A DNA stretch of 64,000 bases. It comes from an uncultured Actinomycetota bacterium (GTDB lineage: Bacteria > Actinomycetota > Humimicrobiia > Humimicrobiales > Humimicrobiaceae). A model generated the notes under the pieces. It did not search any database, had not been told where the DNA came from, and was given only the letters and a program-made list of their open reading frames with translations. This document shows positions 1 to 10,038 of the stretch, one piece after another (the first letter of the stretch is position 1; the number at the start of each line of letters is the position of its first letter). The stretch is from contig CAZSXW010000006.1 of the NCBI GenBank assembly GCA_964610385.1, positions 17,534-81,533 on the forward strand. The letters are read 5' to 3'. The position numbers and the translations under genes were made by a program.

Positions 1-722
1 AACTTGCCGTAAAGAAATCAAATAGTATTAATTTTAAGGAAGTGCGGAAATTAATTGAGAAAAATGACTTAAAAGTAATTGCAGTTGGTACGGGACAAGT
101 TTTTCATGACGAAGGGTTGAGTTTTACTGATACTAGCAGAAGTATAAGGAATGGAGCAATCCAGAGAGTAAAGGAGATTATTGATATAGCTTCATATTTT
201 AATTCCTCAATTATTATTGGATTGATTAGAGGGAGAATAAGTTATTCTGATAATCATAATAAATTAAGGATTGCAGAAAGGAGAATATTTGAATGTCTGG
301 AAAAATGTTTGTGTTATTCCAGTAATAAGAACATAAAGTTTTTAATCGAACCCATTAATAGATATGAAACCAATATTTTTAATAAAATAGAGGATATTGC
401 TTTTTTTTTAAAAAGATTTGAAGGCAAGCTGGACTTAAAAAGAATTGGAATTTTAGCCGATACGTTTCATATGAATATTGAGGAACCAATTATTGAAGAA
501 AGCATTAATAATCATGCTGAGTTAATTTCTCATATACATCTTGCAGATAGTAATAGACTGGCACCTGGATTTGGTCATTTAGATTTTTTTGAAATTATGA
601 AGGTTTTAAAAAAAAATAAGTATGAAGGATTTCTGTCATTTGAGATATTCCCATATCCAGATTCGGATACGGCAGCAAAAAAAGCTTTGGAATTTATGAA
701 AAGTATTAATTCAGAGCAATAA
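1..722 (+). CDS. sugar phosphate isomerase/epimerase (xylose isomerase-like TIM barrel), 5' partial
   Basis: The reading frame is open back to window position 3 with no stop; GTG at 42 is only the first start-like codon. The C-terminal pattern matches TIM-barrel AP endonuclease 2 / sugar isomerase family proteins (HLADS, GFGHLDF). Confidence 0.55.
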   Translation, partial: LAVKKSNSINFKEVRKLIEKNDLKVIAVGTGQVFHDEGLSFTDTSRSIRNGAIQRVKEIIDIASYFNSSIIIGLIRGRISYSDNHNKLRIAERRIFECLEKCLCYSSNKNIKFLIEPINRYETNIFNKIEDIAFFLKRFEGKLDLKRIGILADTFHMNIEEPIIEESINNHAELISHIHLADSNRLAPGFGHLDFFEIMKVLKKNKYEGFLSFEIFPYPDSDTAAKKALEFMKSINSEQ

Positions 723-1077
723 TCAATGTTTCCATATACTTAGTCCATACATGGGTTATCTGAAATCTGAAGGTAATTGCTGCTTCATTCTATAAAAAAA
801 GATGGTGAAGAGCTGCTATTGTGCTATGTTCCCAGTCTAGTATAAGTCATAGTCCGCTTTTTTATAATTGTATTTTAGTACATGATAGTGTTTTTATAAA
901 GCTGAAGGATCTTATTACGGTTTTTTAAATTTTAAAACTTAAATAATATATAATCCGGATTTGCTGGTACCAATTTATCCTAAGTTTATAATGAAAATGA
1001 GTTCTTATACTGCAGTTGAAATTTGCAAACTAATCTTATTAAAATCTCAAGAATTTATATAGTCTAAGACTGAACTA

Positions 1078-1105
1078 TTGACACAGTTTTTATTTTTAGT
1101 AAAAT
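1078..1105 (+). promoter_or_regulatory. sigma70-like promoter TTGACA-N16-TAAAAT upstream of the PadR/ABC operon
   Basis: Near-consensus -35 at 1078..1083 and a -10-like TAAAAT at 1100..1105, 40 bp upstream of the ORF start. Confidence 0.35.
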
Positions 1106-1144
1106 GTATTGACTTTAATATATATTTAATTTAATTTTACTATT

Positions 1145-1702
1145 ATGTGTTCCGGTAAAAAAGATAAAAATTACAGCAGCAAAGAAAAAGATAACTTGCC
1201 TTTTGAGGAGGAAATTAGGAAGATTATCAAGGATAAAATAAGCAAGGATCCTGATAAATTTATAGAAAAAATGCTGGGAAAATTTAAAAATCACTGGGTA
1301 TTTGGTAGGAGAAGTTTTATATCCTGGCAGGAATGTCCAGATATAAATCCATTTGTTAATATGATATTAACCCGAAGCGGCCTTCTTCCCCTTTATACTC
1401 TACACCTTCTTGAAGGTAGAGAAATGTTTGGAAATGAGATTATAAATGAAATAGAGAAGAGAACTTCGGCAGCGTGGAGCCCTAATCCAGGAGCGATATA
1501 TCCTCTACTTAAGGAACTAGAAGAAAGGCAGTTTGTGGAGGGACGCTGGAATCTGGAAGAAGAACACCCAAGGCGAATTTACAGATTAACTGATAAGGGA
1601 AAACAGGAATATAAAGTACTAAAAATTATTCTGGAAAAACATTTGAAGCAGGCAATAGGGATATTCCAAAAGATTTATAATGAATTGTTTCATAAAGTAT
1701 GA
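1145..1702 (+). CDS. PadR family transcriptional regulator
   Basis: Residues 73-185 match the PadR winged-helix pattern (LLPLYTLHLL, NPGAIYPLLKELEE, RRIYRLTDKG). The N-terminal ~70 residues may be extension, or the true start is the internal ATG near 1361. Confidence 0.7.
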   Translation: MCSGKKDKNYSSKEKDNLPFEEEIRKIIKDKISKDPDKFIEKMLGKFKNHWVFGRRSFISWQECPDINPFVNMILTRSGLLPLYTLHLLEGREMFGNEIINEIEKRTSAAWSPNPGAIYPLLKELEERQFVEGRWNLEEEHPRRIYRLTDKGKQEYKVLKIILEKHLKQAIGIFQKIYNELFHKV

Positions 1703-1748
1703 AACTAGAGTAAAATCAGTGAATAAAAAAAATGAGATTTAATATAAA

Positions 1749-2747
1749 ATGAGTGAAGCAGATATAAATCACAATATAATTGAAGTAAAGAACCTGGTCA
1801 AGCAGTTTAAGAAAGTAAAAGCGGTTGATGACATAACTTTTTCGGTAAAAGAAGATGAGATATTCGGTTTTTTAGGCCCTAATGGTGCAGGTAAGACTAC
1901 TACTATAAATATTATATGCACGCTTTTATCAAAGACTTCCGGTGAAGTCATATTAAACGGCCATGATGTGACCAGGGAGAGAAATGAAATTAGAAATTGT
2001 ATCGGGATGGTATTTCAGGACCCCAGTCTTGATGATAGGCTGACAGCGCTTGAGAATCTATATTTCCACGGCCTTTTATATAATATACCCAGAGGAGAGA
2101 TGAAGAAAAGATCCGAAGAAGTGCTGGAGATGGTAAACCTTTCTGACAGGAAGAACAGCCTGGTCATGACTTATTCCGGTGGTATGAAAAGAAGACTGGA
2201 GATTGCAAGAGGACTTCTTCATTATCCAAAAATCTTATTTTTGGATGAGCCTACTCTCGGTCTTGATCCCCAGACCAGAAATAAAATATGGAATTATATT
2301 ATAAAGCTAAAAAAGAGCAAGAAGATAACTATATTTCTTACCTCACATTATATGGAAGAAACGGAGATATGCGACCGGATAGCTATTATAGATGAAGGGA
2401 AGATAATTGCTCTGGACACTCCGGATAACCTTAAAAACACTATCGGCGGGGATATCATAACAATACTTTCGGAAGATAATATTAAATTAAAAAATCATAT
2501 AAGAGAAATAGCCGGTGTTGAAGTACATGATGCACAGGAAGGAAAAATCAGATTTGAGGTAAAGGACAGTTCAAGCTTTATTCCTAGGTTCATCAAAAAC
2601 AGCCCGGTAAAAATTTTATCCATAAGTGCCAGGAAGCCTACATTAAATGATGTTTTTCTTGATCTTACCGGAAGGGAAATAAGGGAAGAGAATGCCAGCG
2701 CTAAAGACGCTATGAGAACGCGTATGAGGAGGAGAATGCGACATTGA
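1749..2747 (+). CDS. ABC transporter ATP-binding protein (ABC-2/DrrA type)
   Basis: Walker A GPNGAGKTTT, ABC signature YSGGMKRRLEIARGL, Walker B LFLDEPT. Confidence 0.85.
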   Translation: MSEADINHNIIEVKNLVKQFKKVKAVDDITFSVKEDEIFGFLGPNGAGKTTTINIICTLLSKTSGEVILNGHDVTRERNEIRNCIGMVFQDPSLDDRLTALENLYFHGLLYNIPRGEMKKRSEEVLEMVNLSDRKNSLVMTYSGGMKRRLEIARGLLHYPKILFLDEPTLGLDPQTRNKIWNYIIKLKKSKKITIFLTSHYMEETEICDRIAIIDEGKIIALDTPDNLKNTIGGDIITILSEDNIKLKNHIREIAGVEVHDAQEGKIRFEVKDSSSFIPRFIKNSPVKILSISARKPTLNDVFLDLTGREIREENASAKDAMRTRMRRRMRH

Positions 2748-3514
2748 AAAAAGAACTGACCGGGATTTATACAATATGGCTGAGGGATATTAAAAGATAT
2801 TTCAGAGACAAACCAAGGATAATAGGATCATTTGCCCAGCCTATACTTTTTTTATTTGTACTGGGGACTGGAATTGCCAGCTCTTTCAGCACGTTTGGGG
2901 GTGGAGGTGGTAAGGAATTTCTTAATTTCATGTTTCCCGGTATTGTTGGAATGACTGTACTATTTACATCTTTTTTCAGTGCCATGTCTATTGTATGGGA
3001 CAGAGAGTTCGGATTCTTAAGAGAAGTCCTTGTAGCGCCGATATCCAGGACCTCTATAGTGGTAGGAAAACTGCTCGGCGGTTCGACCATAGCTTTGATC
3101 CAGGGTTCTATAATACTGCTTTTTAGTCCACTCCTTAATATACCCATTAATTTTATAATATTCTTTAAAGTGCTGGGTATCATGTTTTTAGTCGCTATGA
3201 CCATCTCTACCATGGGGATTATACTGGCTTCTGTAATAAAATCCATGCAGGCTTTTCAGGTAATAACCAATTTTCTGCTTATGCCCATGTTTTTTCTTTC
3301 AGGTGCTCTTTTTCCTTTAAATAATACGGTTGAATGGATGAATATTGTTTCTAAAATCAATCCCCTTTCTTACGGGATTGATGCAATGAGGTTTGCAATA
3401 TTAAATGATTCTTCCCTCCAGTTATATCCACTATGGTTAAATATTATAGTATTGCTGTCTTTGATAGTGGTTTTTAGTATATTAGGAGCTTTCTTGTTCA
3501 ACAGGCAGGAATAA
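2744..3514 (+). CDS. ABC-2 family transporter permease
   Basis: Six predicted TM helices; 4-bp ATGA overlap with the upstream ATPase gene. Confidence 0.7.
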   Translation: MKKELTGIYTIWLRDIKRYFRDKPRIIGSFAQPILFLFVLGTGIASSFSTFGGGGGKEFLNFMFPGIVGMTVLFTSFFSAMSIVWDREFGFLREVLVAPISRTSIVVGKLLGGSTIALIQGSIILLFSPLLNIPINFIIFFKVLGIMFLVAMTISTMGIILASVIKSMQAFQVITNFLLMPMFFLSGALFPLNNTVEWMNIVSKINPLSYGIDAMRFAILNDSSLQLYPLWLNIIVLLSLIVVFSILGAFLFNRQE

Positions 3515-3528
3515 AAACTTGTTCAATT

Positions 3529-4359
3529 TCAGGATATAATACTTGCTTCGTTTAAAATTTTTAACACTGCACCGTGGTCTGCTCCTATCAGGTTGGTCAA
3601 TTTATCAATATTGCAGTCTGCTAGTTCTTTAACCAGTATGATATTGTAATCAAACAATTTATCTTTCTGCTTTTCAGTGATTGTAGAAAGGATGCTTATG
3701 GGATATAAATTTTTGGTTTCTATAAAATACTGCAGGTTTTTTGTCTTTGGATAATGCCAGGCTAGAATATTTAAGCCTACACAGTTGCAATATTTTACTG
3801 CATCTGATGTACATTTGGTATTAGTAACTAGCCAGGCTTCAAGCTTGTTATTATCGCTGTCTTTTATTCCACCGGCTTTTTTTATATCCAGAAACCTGCT
3901 GTAGATATAAAGAGCGGTTTTTATATCAGACTTTATTCCTGGTGAGTTATGATATTTACATTCTATCAGGTAGGTATTGTTATTTCTTTCTGCTACTACA
4001 TCTACTTCATGTTCAACGCAGTAGCCCTTTATGATCTGTCCTACTTCCGTAGCAAAACCATGTTCTCCGAGTATTTTTGCTATATATTTTTCAAAAATAT
4101 AACCCTCCGGGCCCATATTCATAATAGCTCTTTTCAAGGTATATTTGAGTGCCACTTTGGGCTCCATCACTTTTAACTGGTCCAGTGCCTTTTGATGGAT
4201 CTCGCCAGTACTCATATTATGTTTTATTTTCTTACTTATCGTTTTGGCGGCTTCTGTGGCGATCTCGGAGGAGGCTCCGGCTTTTTTGAAAGATGAATTT
4301 ATTTTTTCCTCATTGTACAGTTCTTTTTTACCATCGGCTTTTATAATATACTTTTCCAT
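3529..4359 (-). CDS. ATP-cone domain protein fused to a restriction-endonuclease-like (PD-(D/E)xK) domain
   Basis: N-terminus matches the ATP-cone pattern (YIIKADGKKELYNEEKI). The C-terminus has a D...E-x-K motif (EVDVVAERNNNTYLIECKYH). Confidence 0.5.
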   Translation of the reverse strand: MEKYIIKADGKKELYNEEKINSSFKKAGASSEIATEAAKTISKKIKHNMSTGEIHQKALDQLKVMEPKVALKYTLKRAIMNMGPEGYIFEKYIAKILGEHGFATEVGQIIKGYCVEHEVDVVAERNNNTYLIECKYHNSPGIKSDIKTALYIYSRFLDIKKAGGIKDSDNNKLEAWLVTNTKCTSDAVKYCNCVGLNILAWHYPKTKNLQYFIETKNLYPISILSTITEKQKDKLFDYNIILVKELADCNIDKLTNLIGADHGAVLKILNEASIIS

Positions 4360-4692
4360 AAATGTTTAAGATATAATTTCTCTTAGATATTATATCATTT
4401 TTTAAAAAGGATAATCTTAACTTGTTTCCAGGTCAAGACATTGATTTTAAGTTAAAAGTTTTTAATTTTACCATGATCTTATTTGTAGCAATCGTATTAT
4501 CCTGGGAAGCAGCGACGGCTGTGGCAGAAGAAGGTTTGATTGAAAAATGTCTTAGGATATTGTATTGAAGTATTTAAGCGTCGTGATTATAGGGTGGAGA
4601 TCTGCGGAGGATGTGATAAGGGAGTGGTTTGTAGAAGGTAGTTAAGTCAGGTATTATTATAAGATGTAAAGAAATCTTTCAGTCATAAGCTA

Positions 4693-5556
4693 ATGAGTAT
4701 AGTAAAAAGTAAAAACAAGAATCTTATTTACCCTGGTCTTCTATGGTTTTTTATTTTTTTCCTTCTACCGCTTTCGGTCATATTAATATATTCATTGACT
4801 ATAGGCACCCTATTTTCCGGGGAACCAGTAAAATTAACGTTTGAGAATTTTATTGTTATTTTCCAGAAAAAACATTACCTTACAATACTTTTGAGATCCC
4901 TTAAGATAAGCTCTCTTACTACGGTCTTTTCCATAATATTCTCATATCCTGTTGCTTTTTATCTGGCTAAAAGAACCAGATTTGACAAGGTGCTGGTAGT
5001 GGTTTTGATGATACCTTTCTGGATAAATTATCTTATAAGGACTTTTGCCTGGAAACTGATACTTTCCGAAAACGGAGTTTTAAATCAATTCCTCCTGTGG
5101 CTGGGTGTCATTGATGAACCGTTGAGAATACTATACAGTCAGACTTCTGTCCTGCTGGGGCTTATATATACTTATACCCCGATGATGGTGCTACCGCTGT
5201 ATGCATCACTTTTAAGAATCGATGATTCCCTTATAGAAGCATCGCTGGATCTGGGAGCATCGAGAGCAAGGTCTTTTTTTGATATAACTTTTAAGTTGAG
5301 TCTGACCGGGATTTTTGCGGGGACACTTCTGGTATTTATACCTGCTCTGGGTTCTTTTGCCATACCGGCTATACTCGGCGGAACAGATTCGGTAATGATC
5401 GGAAATATAATAGAGAATCAGTTCAGTAAAATAGGTGACTGGAATTTCGGTTCTGCCTTTACTGTTGCACTGGCGCTGCTTTCAATAGCTCTGGTACTGT
5501 TTTATTCGAAAATATTTGGGCTGGAATCGATTTATAAAAATAGAGATACTGTTTAG
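4693..5556 (+). CDS. potB: spermidine/putrescine-type ABC transporter permease (PotB-like)
   Basis: Binding-protein-dependent permease with an EAA-like loop (IEASLDLGASRARSFFDITF) and 6 TM helices. Confidence 0.7.
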   Translation: MSIVKSKNKNLIYPGLLWFFIFFLLPLSVILIYSLTIGTLFSGEPVKLTFENFIVIFQKKHYLTILLRSLKISSLTTVFSIIFSYPVAFYLAKRTRFDKVLVVVLMIPFWINYLIRTFAWKLILSENGVLNQFLLWLGVIDEPLRILYSQTSVLLGLIYTYTPMMVLPLYASLLRIDDSLIEASLDLGASRARSFFDITFKLSLTGIFAGTLLVFIPALGSFAIPAILGGTDSVMIGNIIENQFSKIGDWNFGSAFTVALALLSIALVLFYSKIFGLESIYKNRDTV

Positions 5557-5567
5557 GTTAAATAGAG

Positions 5568-6368
5568 ATGAAAAATAAAAGACCATTTTTTTTAACAATA
5601 TATACCGGAATATTTTTCCTTTATATCTTTGTTCCCATAATCCTTATTTTCATATTTGCATGGAACAGCGGTGAAGGTTACAGTTTCCCGCTGGAGGGTT
5701 TTACCTGGAAGTGGTTTGCAGAGCTATTCAGGGATCAGCTGGCAAAGAAAGCAATCGGAAATAGTGTCATTATTGCTTTTTCCTCGGCTACGATTTCAAC
5801 GGTACTGGCAACGTTTTTATCCATAGGTCTCCTTAAAGGTCTGACCGGTAGGCGCGGTCTTTATATGATTTTACTTATACTTCCAGTAATAATGCCCAGT
5901 CTGACTATAGGAATATCTGCTCTGGTATTCTTCAGGACCATAAACATTCCACTTGGAATACCTGTAGTGATTTTATCTCATGTATCTATATGCATGAGTT
6001 ATGTTTTCTTAATACTGATGGGGAGGATTGAAGGATTGCCGTTGAGCCTGCAGGAGGCTTCGGTTGATCTCGGTGCGAGCTGGTTCTCGAGTGTCAGGGA
6101 TATAATACTACCGGTTTTAATACCTGCTGCGGTGGCAGGATGGCTGTTTGCTTTTATGATAAGCTGGAATGAGTTCATAATAACCTATTTTTTAGTAGGT
6201 AATAATCTTACCCTTCCAGTCTATATATTTTCCCAGCTGAGATTTGGCATTTCGCCAAAAGTAAATGTTATATCGGTTCTTATAACTTTATTTTCTTTAA
6301 GTATGATAGCGATTCTTGTAGCCAGCAGAAAAATTTATGAAAAAGTCTTGGTGAAGAGAAAGCAGTAA
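5568..6368 (+). CDS. potC: spermidine/putrescine-type ABC transporter permease (PotC-like)
   Basis: EAA loop (LQEASVDLGASWFSSVRDIILP); it pairs with the upstream permease. Confidence 0.7.
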   Translation: MKNKRPFFLTIYTGIFFLYIFVPIILIFIFAWNSGEGYSFPLEGFTWKWFAELFRDQLAKKAIGNSVIIAFSSATISTVLATFLSIGLLKGLTGRRGLYMILLILPVIMPSLTIGISALVFFRTINIPLGIPVVILSHVSICMSYVFLILMGRIEGLPLSLQEASVDLGASWFSSVRDIILPVLIPAAVAGWLFAFMISWNEFIITYFLVGNNLTLPVYIFSQLRFGISPKVNVISVLITLFSLSMIAILVASRKIYEKVLVKRKQ

Positions 6369-6423
6369 ACTGTTTTTTAAATCTCTTGATAAAGTATAAT
6401 AAGAAAAATAGGAGGAGGTTTTT

Positions 6424-7512
6424 ATGAAGATAATAAAATCTATCATTATTGTGATAGTGGTTATTTTCTTACTTTTAATTGCTTTTCCAGCCTGTAAGGG
6501 TGGAGCAGCGCCGGGAGAGCTGGATGTATATGTCTGGGAAGGATATCTGCCTGAGGAAGTCGCAGAAATGTTTGAAGAGGAATCCGGCATAAAACTGAAT
6601 ATAAACCTTATAGCAGATAACGGATCAATCTTTACCCTGCTTAAGGGCGGAGGCCATGCAGATATTATTATGCCTACGCAGAATCAGGTCAACCGTTTCT
6701 ACACCGAAGATCTTGCTCAGCCTCTTGATTTGGATAAAATACCTAACTATGAAAATGTTTCTGAATCCTTCAAAGATCAGAGCTGGAGTATGTGGGATGG
6801 TAATCAGATGGGAACAGGGGATACCTATGTGATAGCTTATGTATTTGGGACAAGCGGCATTGTGGTAAATACTGAAAAATATACCGGCTCACTTGAAGGA
6901 ATTGGCTGGGAAATATTATTTGATCCGGAGCTTAAGTCAAGAGTATCTTCAAGGAACTCTGCAGAGTCGCTGATGATATGCCTGGATCTTATGGGAATCC
7001 CCAGAGAAAATCTTATGACTGATACCCAAGGAACACTTGATGCTATAAGGGATAAGGCAATTGAACTAAAAAATAATGTGCGTAAATTTTATGACACCGG
7101 TTCCGAGCTGCTTGACCTCCTAAAAAATGAAGAAGTATGGGTTAGTCATATCTGGGATGGTGGGGGCAGGAAACTTGCAGCCTCTGATCCGAAATTTAAG
7201 TATATACTGCCCTCAACCGGTGGCTTCGGATGGACTGATACATTTATGATACCTGCTGATGCAGTAAATCCCGAAGGTGCGCATAAGTTTATAGATTTCA
7301 TGCTCAGGACTGACATTGCAGCTTTAGTGACTACCGATGGCGGCTATTCAACTACAGTTAAGGGTTCAATAGATCTGGCAGAAGGAATAGATAAAGAACT
7401 GTATGTATTTACAGATGAAGAACTTGCAAATCTTGTATGGCAGTTGAATTTCTCTGAGGATGTGATCAAGGCCTACAATGATTTCTGGGAAGAACTCTCG
7501 ACTGTCGATTAA
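6424..7512 (+). CDS. potD: extracellular solute-binding lipoprotein (PotD/PotF-like polyamine-binding)
   Basis: Signal peptide with a lipobox-like AFPAC and a type II periplasmic binding protein pattern. Strong Shine-Dalgarno sequence AGGAGGAGG upstream. Confidence 0.65.
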   Translation: MKIIKSIIIVIVVIFLLLIAFPACKGGAAPGELDVYVWEGYLPEEVAEMFEEESGIKLNINLIADNGSIFTLLKGGGHADIIMPTQNQVNRFYTEDLAQPLDLDKIPNYENVSESFKDQSWSMWDGNQMGTGDTYVIAYVFGTSGIVVNTEKYTGSLEGIGWEILFDPELKSRVSSRNSAESLMICLDLMGIPRENLMTDTQGTLDAIRDKAIELKNNVRKFYDTGSELLDLLKNEEVWVSHIWDGGGRKLAASDPKFKYILPSTGGFGWTDTFMIPADAVNPEGAHKFIDFMLRTDIAALVTTDGGYSTTVKGSIDLAEGIDKELYVFTDEELANLVWQLNFSEDVIKAYNDFWEELSTVD

Positions 7513-7550
7513 TAAATGGGGCAAATCAAGTCCGGATATTTTAAAAATTT

Positions 7551-8672
7551 ATGAAATATACTGTACAGGCAGATAAGATATCAAAAAGCTATGGCAGGAT
7601 CCTGGCTGTAGACGGGGTCAGCTTTAGAGTAAAAGAAGGTGAATTTTTTTCAATTCTTGGGCCGTCGGGATGCGGTAAGACCACAATTTTAAGGATACTG
7701 GGGGGTTTTATAGATCAGGATGCCGGAACAGTTTTAATTGACGGAAAGGATATGAAAGGCATACCTCCCAACAGAAGAGATACTGCCATGGTCTTTCAGA
7801 ACCTGGCTCTTTTTCCACATATGAATGTCAGGGAAAATATTATCTATGGATTAAAGAAGAGAAGGTATCCGGACATCAGGATCAGGGAGGAACTGGCTGT
7901 TATTCTTGACATAGTCAACCTTAAGGGATTTGAATCAAGGAAGATCTCAGAGCTTTCCGGCGGCCAGCAGCAGAGAGTGGCACTGGCAAGGTCTCTTGTA
8001 GTAAAACCTAAAATCTTACTTTTAGATGAGCCTCTGGCTTCACTGGATAAGAAGCTTAGAATTTCCATGCAGGAGGAATTAAAAGCGATTCAGAAAAAAA
8101 TCGGTACTACTTTCCTTTACGTTACACATGATCAGAGTGAAGCTCTTACCATGTCAGATGATATTGCGGTCATGTATGAGGGAAGTATTATTCAAACAGG
8201 AAGCCCCGATATCATCTATAACTGTCCCGAGAGTATATTTGTTGCGGATTTCATCGGCGCAGGTAATTTTATTCCTGTCTCTTCGGTAAAAAAGGACGGC
8301 AGCATATATGTAATGAAAACCGCAAAGGGTGGAAATATTTTTTTAAGTAGCGACTTTAAAAAGCAGTGTGATCATATACCTGGAGAAAAGAAAACTGCAG
8401 AGTCTGGAGTAGAAATATCACCGCCGGTATTTTTTATTAGACCTGAAAAAATAAGGATATCTGGAAGGAAAAAGGAAGTCAGAAACTGCTTTGAGGGAGA
8501 GGTAAGATCAACTGTATTTGAAGGGCCGGATATAAAGATCGAGGTGGATTCGAAAGAACTGGGGAATGTCAAAATTGAAATAAAAAATGTTGGAAGCCTT
8601 CCCGATTTCAAACAGAGTTCGAATATCTTGTTTTACTGGGAGCAAAACGACGGGATTCTTCTGGAATACTGA
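7551..8672 (+). CDS. potA: ABC transporter ATP-binding protein (PotA-like) with C-terminal TOBE-like domain
   Basis: Walker A GPSGCGKTT, signature LSGGQQQRVALARSL, Walker B LLLDEPL. Confidence 0.8.
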   Translation: MKYTVQADKISKSYGRILAVDGVSFRVKEGEFFSILGPSGCGKTTILRILGGFIDQDAGTVLIDGKDMKGIPPNRRDTAMVFQNLALFPHMNVRENIIYGLKKRRYPDIRIREELAVILDIVNLKGFESRKISELSGGQQQRVALARSLVVKPKILLLDEPLASLDKKLRISMQEELKAIQKKIGTTFLYVTHDQSEALTMSDDIAVMYEGSIIQTGSPDIIYNCPESIFVADFIGAGNFIPVSSVKKDGSIYVMKTAKGGNIFLSSDFKKQCDHIPGEKKTAESGVEISPPVFFIRPEKIRISGRKKEVRNCFEGEVRSTVFEGPDIKIEVDSKELGNVKIEIKNVGSLPDFKQSSNILFYWEQNDGILLEY

Positions 8673-8739
8673 TTTTTTTTATAGAATAAACGGTATCTGG
8701 TATGAAAATACTTTTATAAGATAAAAGCAGTACAAGTTC

Positions 8740-9738
8740 TTAAATATTTTTTAAGTCTTTGAATTTTTCCGGATAGCAGGCTTTCATAGTAGAGATAATC
8801 GATTCTTTCAGTCCACCTCTCCCGTATCTTAGTTTTTCTGCTGTATCAGAAGGATCAAAGAACAGATTGTTAGTCAGGATGTCGCTCATAAGATACCTGG
8901 CATCAAGACCTCCCTCAAGCCCTTTTTTCTTCCATCTCCTATTTATCATGATACCTGCTGTAATAGATATGAATCGGGGAATATTTATTATTTTTTTATT
9001 CATTCCTACGGCTTTAAACATCATATCCAGCATTTCATTGTATGAGTGGTTTTCGTCCCCCACGGTATAATGCCTTCTGTGTTCTCCGTGTTCCAGAGCT
9101 CCTATGATCGCTTCACCGACATGCTCTACTGCGATCATATTTGTCCCGCCCTTTGGGAAGAATATGATTTTACTTTTTATGAAACCATCCAGGAAGACAT
9201 CCTTCCATAAGGGAATGCGGTTAGGCATAGAACCGAATATGTAAGGAAGCTCTAGAATCATAACTGCCATTTTGTTGCCACCTGCAGAAACAGCACGCTC
9301 CGACTGTTCCACACGGCATCTTATATAGGGATGGTGTTTGCTTAGTCCTTTTTCCGGCCAGTGCCTGTCAAAATACGCAAAATATGAATTGAGGATGACG
9401 CATTTTTTAACACCAGCCTTTCGTGCTGCAGTGACTGTTTTTTCACAAGCCACTACAAGTCTTGGGTGAAAAAATTCATAGGCGGGGATTGGTGGTGTTA
9501 TTCTATCATCGGGACCCACTGCATACACCATAGCATCATAACCGGTAAAGTGTTTTTTAAGTTTATCTTCTGAAAGTTCAAATACATCACCATAACGCAC
9601 ATTTACTTTTTTAGGATACCACTTCCCAAGATCTATATCGTCAATTGCAAGAGTATCAACAGAGTATCCCCTATCCAGTGCTACAAGCAGTGCATGATAG
9701 CCAAGAAATCCTGTTCCTCCTACAATTATGATTTTCAT
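8740..9738 (-). CDS. NAD(P)-dependent epimerase/dehydratase family protein (SDR extended/NmrA-like)
   Basis: Rossmann motif MKIIIVGGTGFLG. Start trimmed to this internal ATG because the upstream 38 codons of the ORF-track call look non-coding. Confidence 0.6.
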   Translation of the reverse strand: MKIIIVGGTGFLGYHALLVALDRGYSVDTLAIDDIDLGKWYPKKVNVRYGDVFELSEDKLKKHFTGYDAMVYAVGPDDRITPPIPAYEFFHPRLVVACEKTVTAARKAGVKKCVILNSYFAYFDRHWPEKGLSKHHPYIRCRVEQSERAVSAGGNKMAVMILELPYIFGSMPNRIPLWKDVFLDGFIKSKIIFFPKGGTNMIAVEHVGEAIIGALEHGEHRRHYTVGDENHSYNEMLDMMFKAVGMNKKIINIPRFISITAGIMINRRWKKKGLEGGLDARYLMSDILTNNLFFDPSDTAEKLRYGRGGLKESIISTMKACYPEKFKDLKNI

Positions 9739-10038
9739 ATCTATTTTTTGCTTATGATAAGTTTTTACTGAAATTGATTTCATTAAAATAGAAAGTCTTA
9801 AATATGTCAAATTTTTAACCTGTATTGTGCAGGATGATACTGTTACTGGCAATTACTATAGTCTAATAGTATTAATGGAATAGTATAATTTTAAAAGTCT
9901 AAATATTTATTTGTGGGATTTGTTGATTTGGTAACAGAAGAACTACAAGTGTACTCTGATGGTGTTACAGCAATGTAGTATTCAAATCTTGACTTAACTC
10001 TATTATAATTATTTTATTAGATTTTATTTGGAGATGGT

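Noticed and set aside
4540-4640. T-box riboswitch in the pot operon leader
   Set aside because: Only the GGGTGG block matches. The remainder of the T-box consensus and an intrinsic terminator/antiterminator are absent. It is kept only as a generic candidate structured leader.
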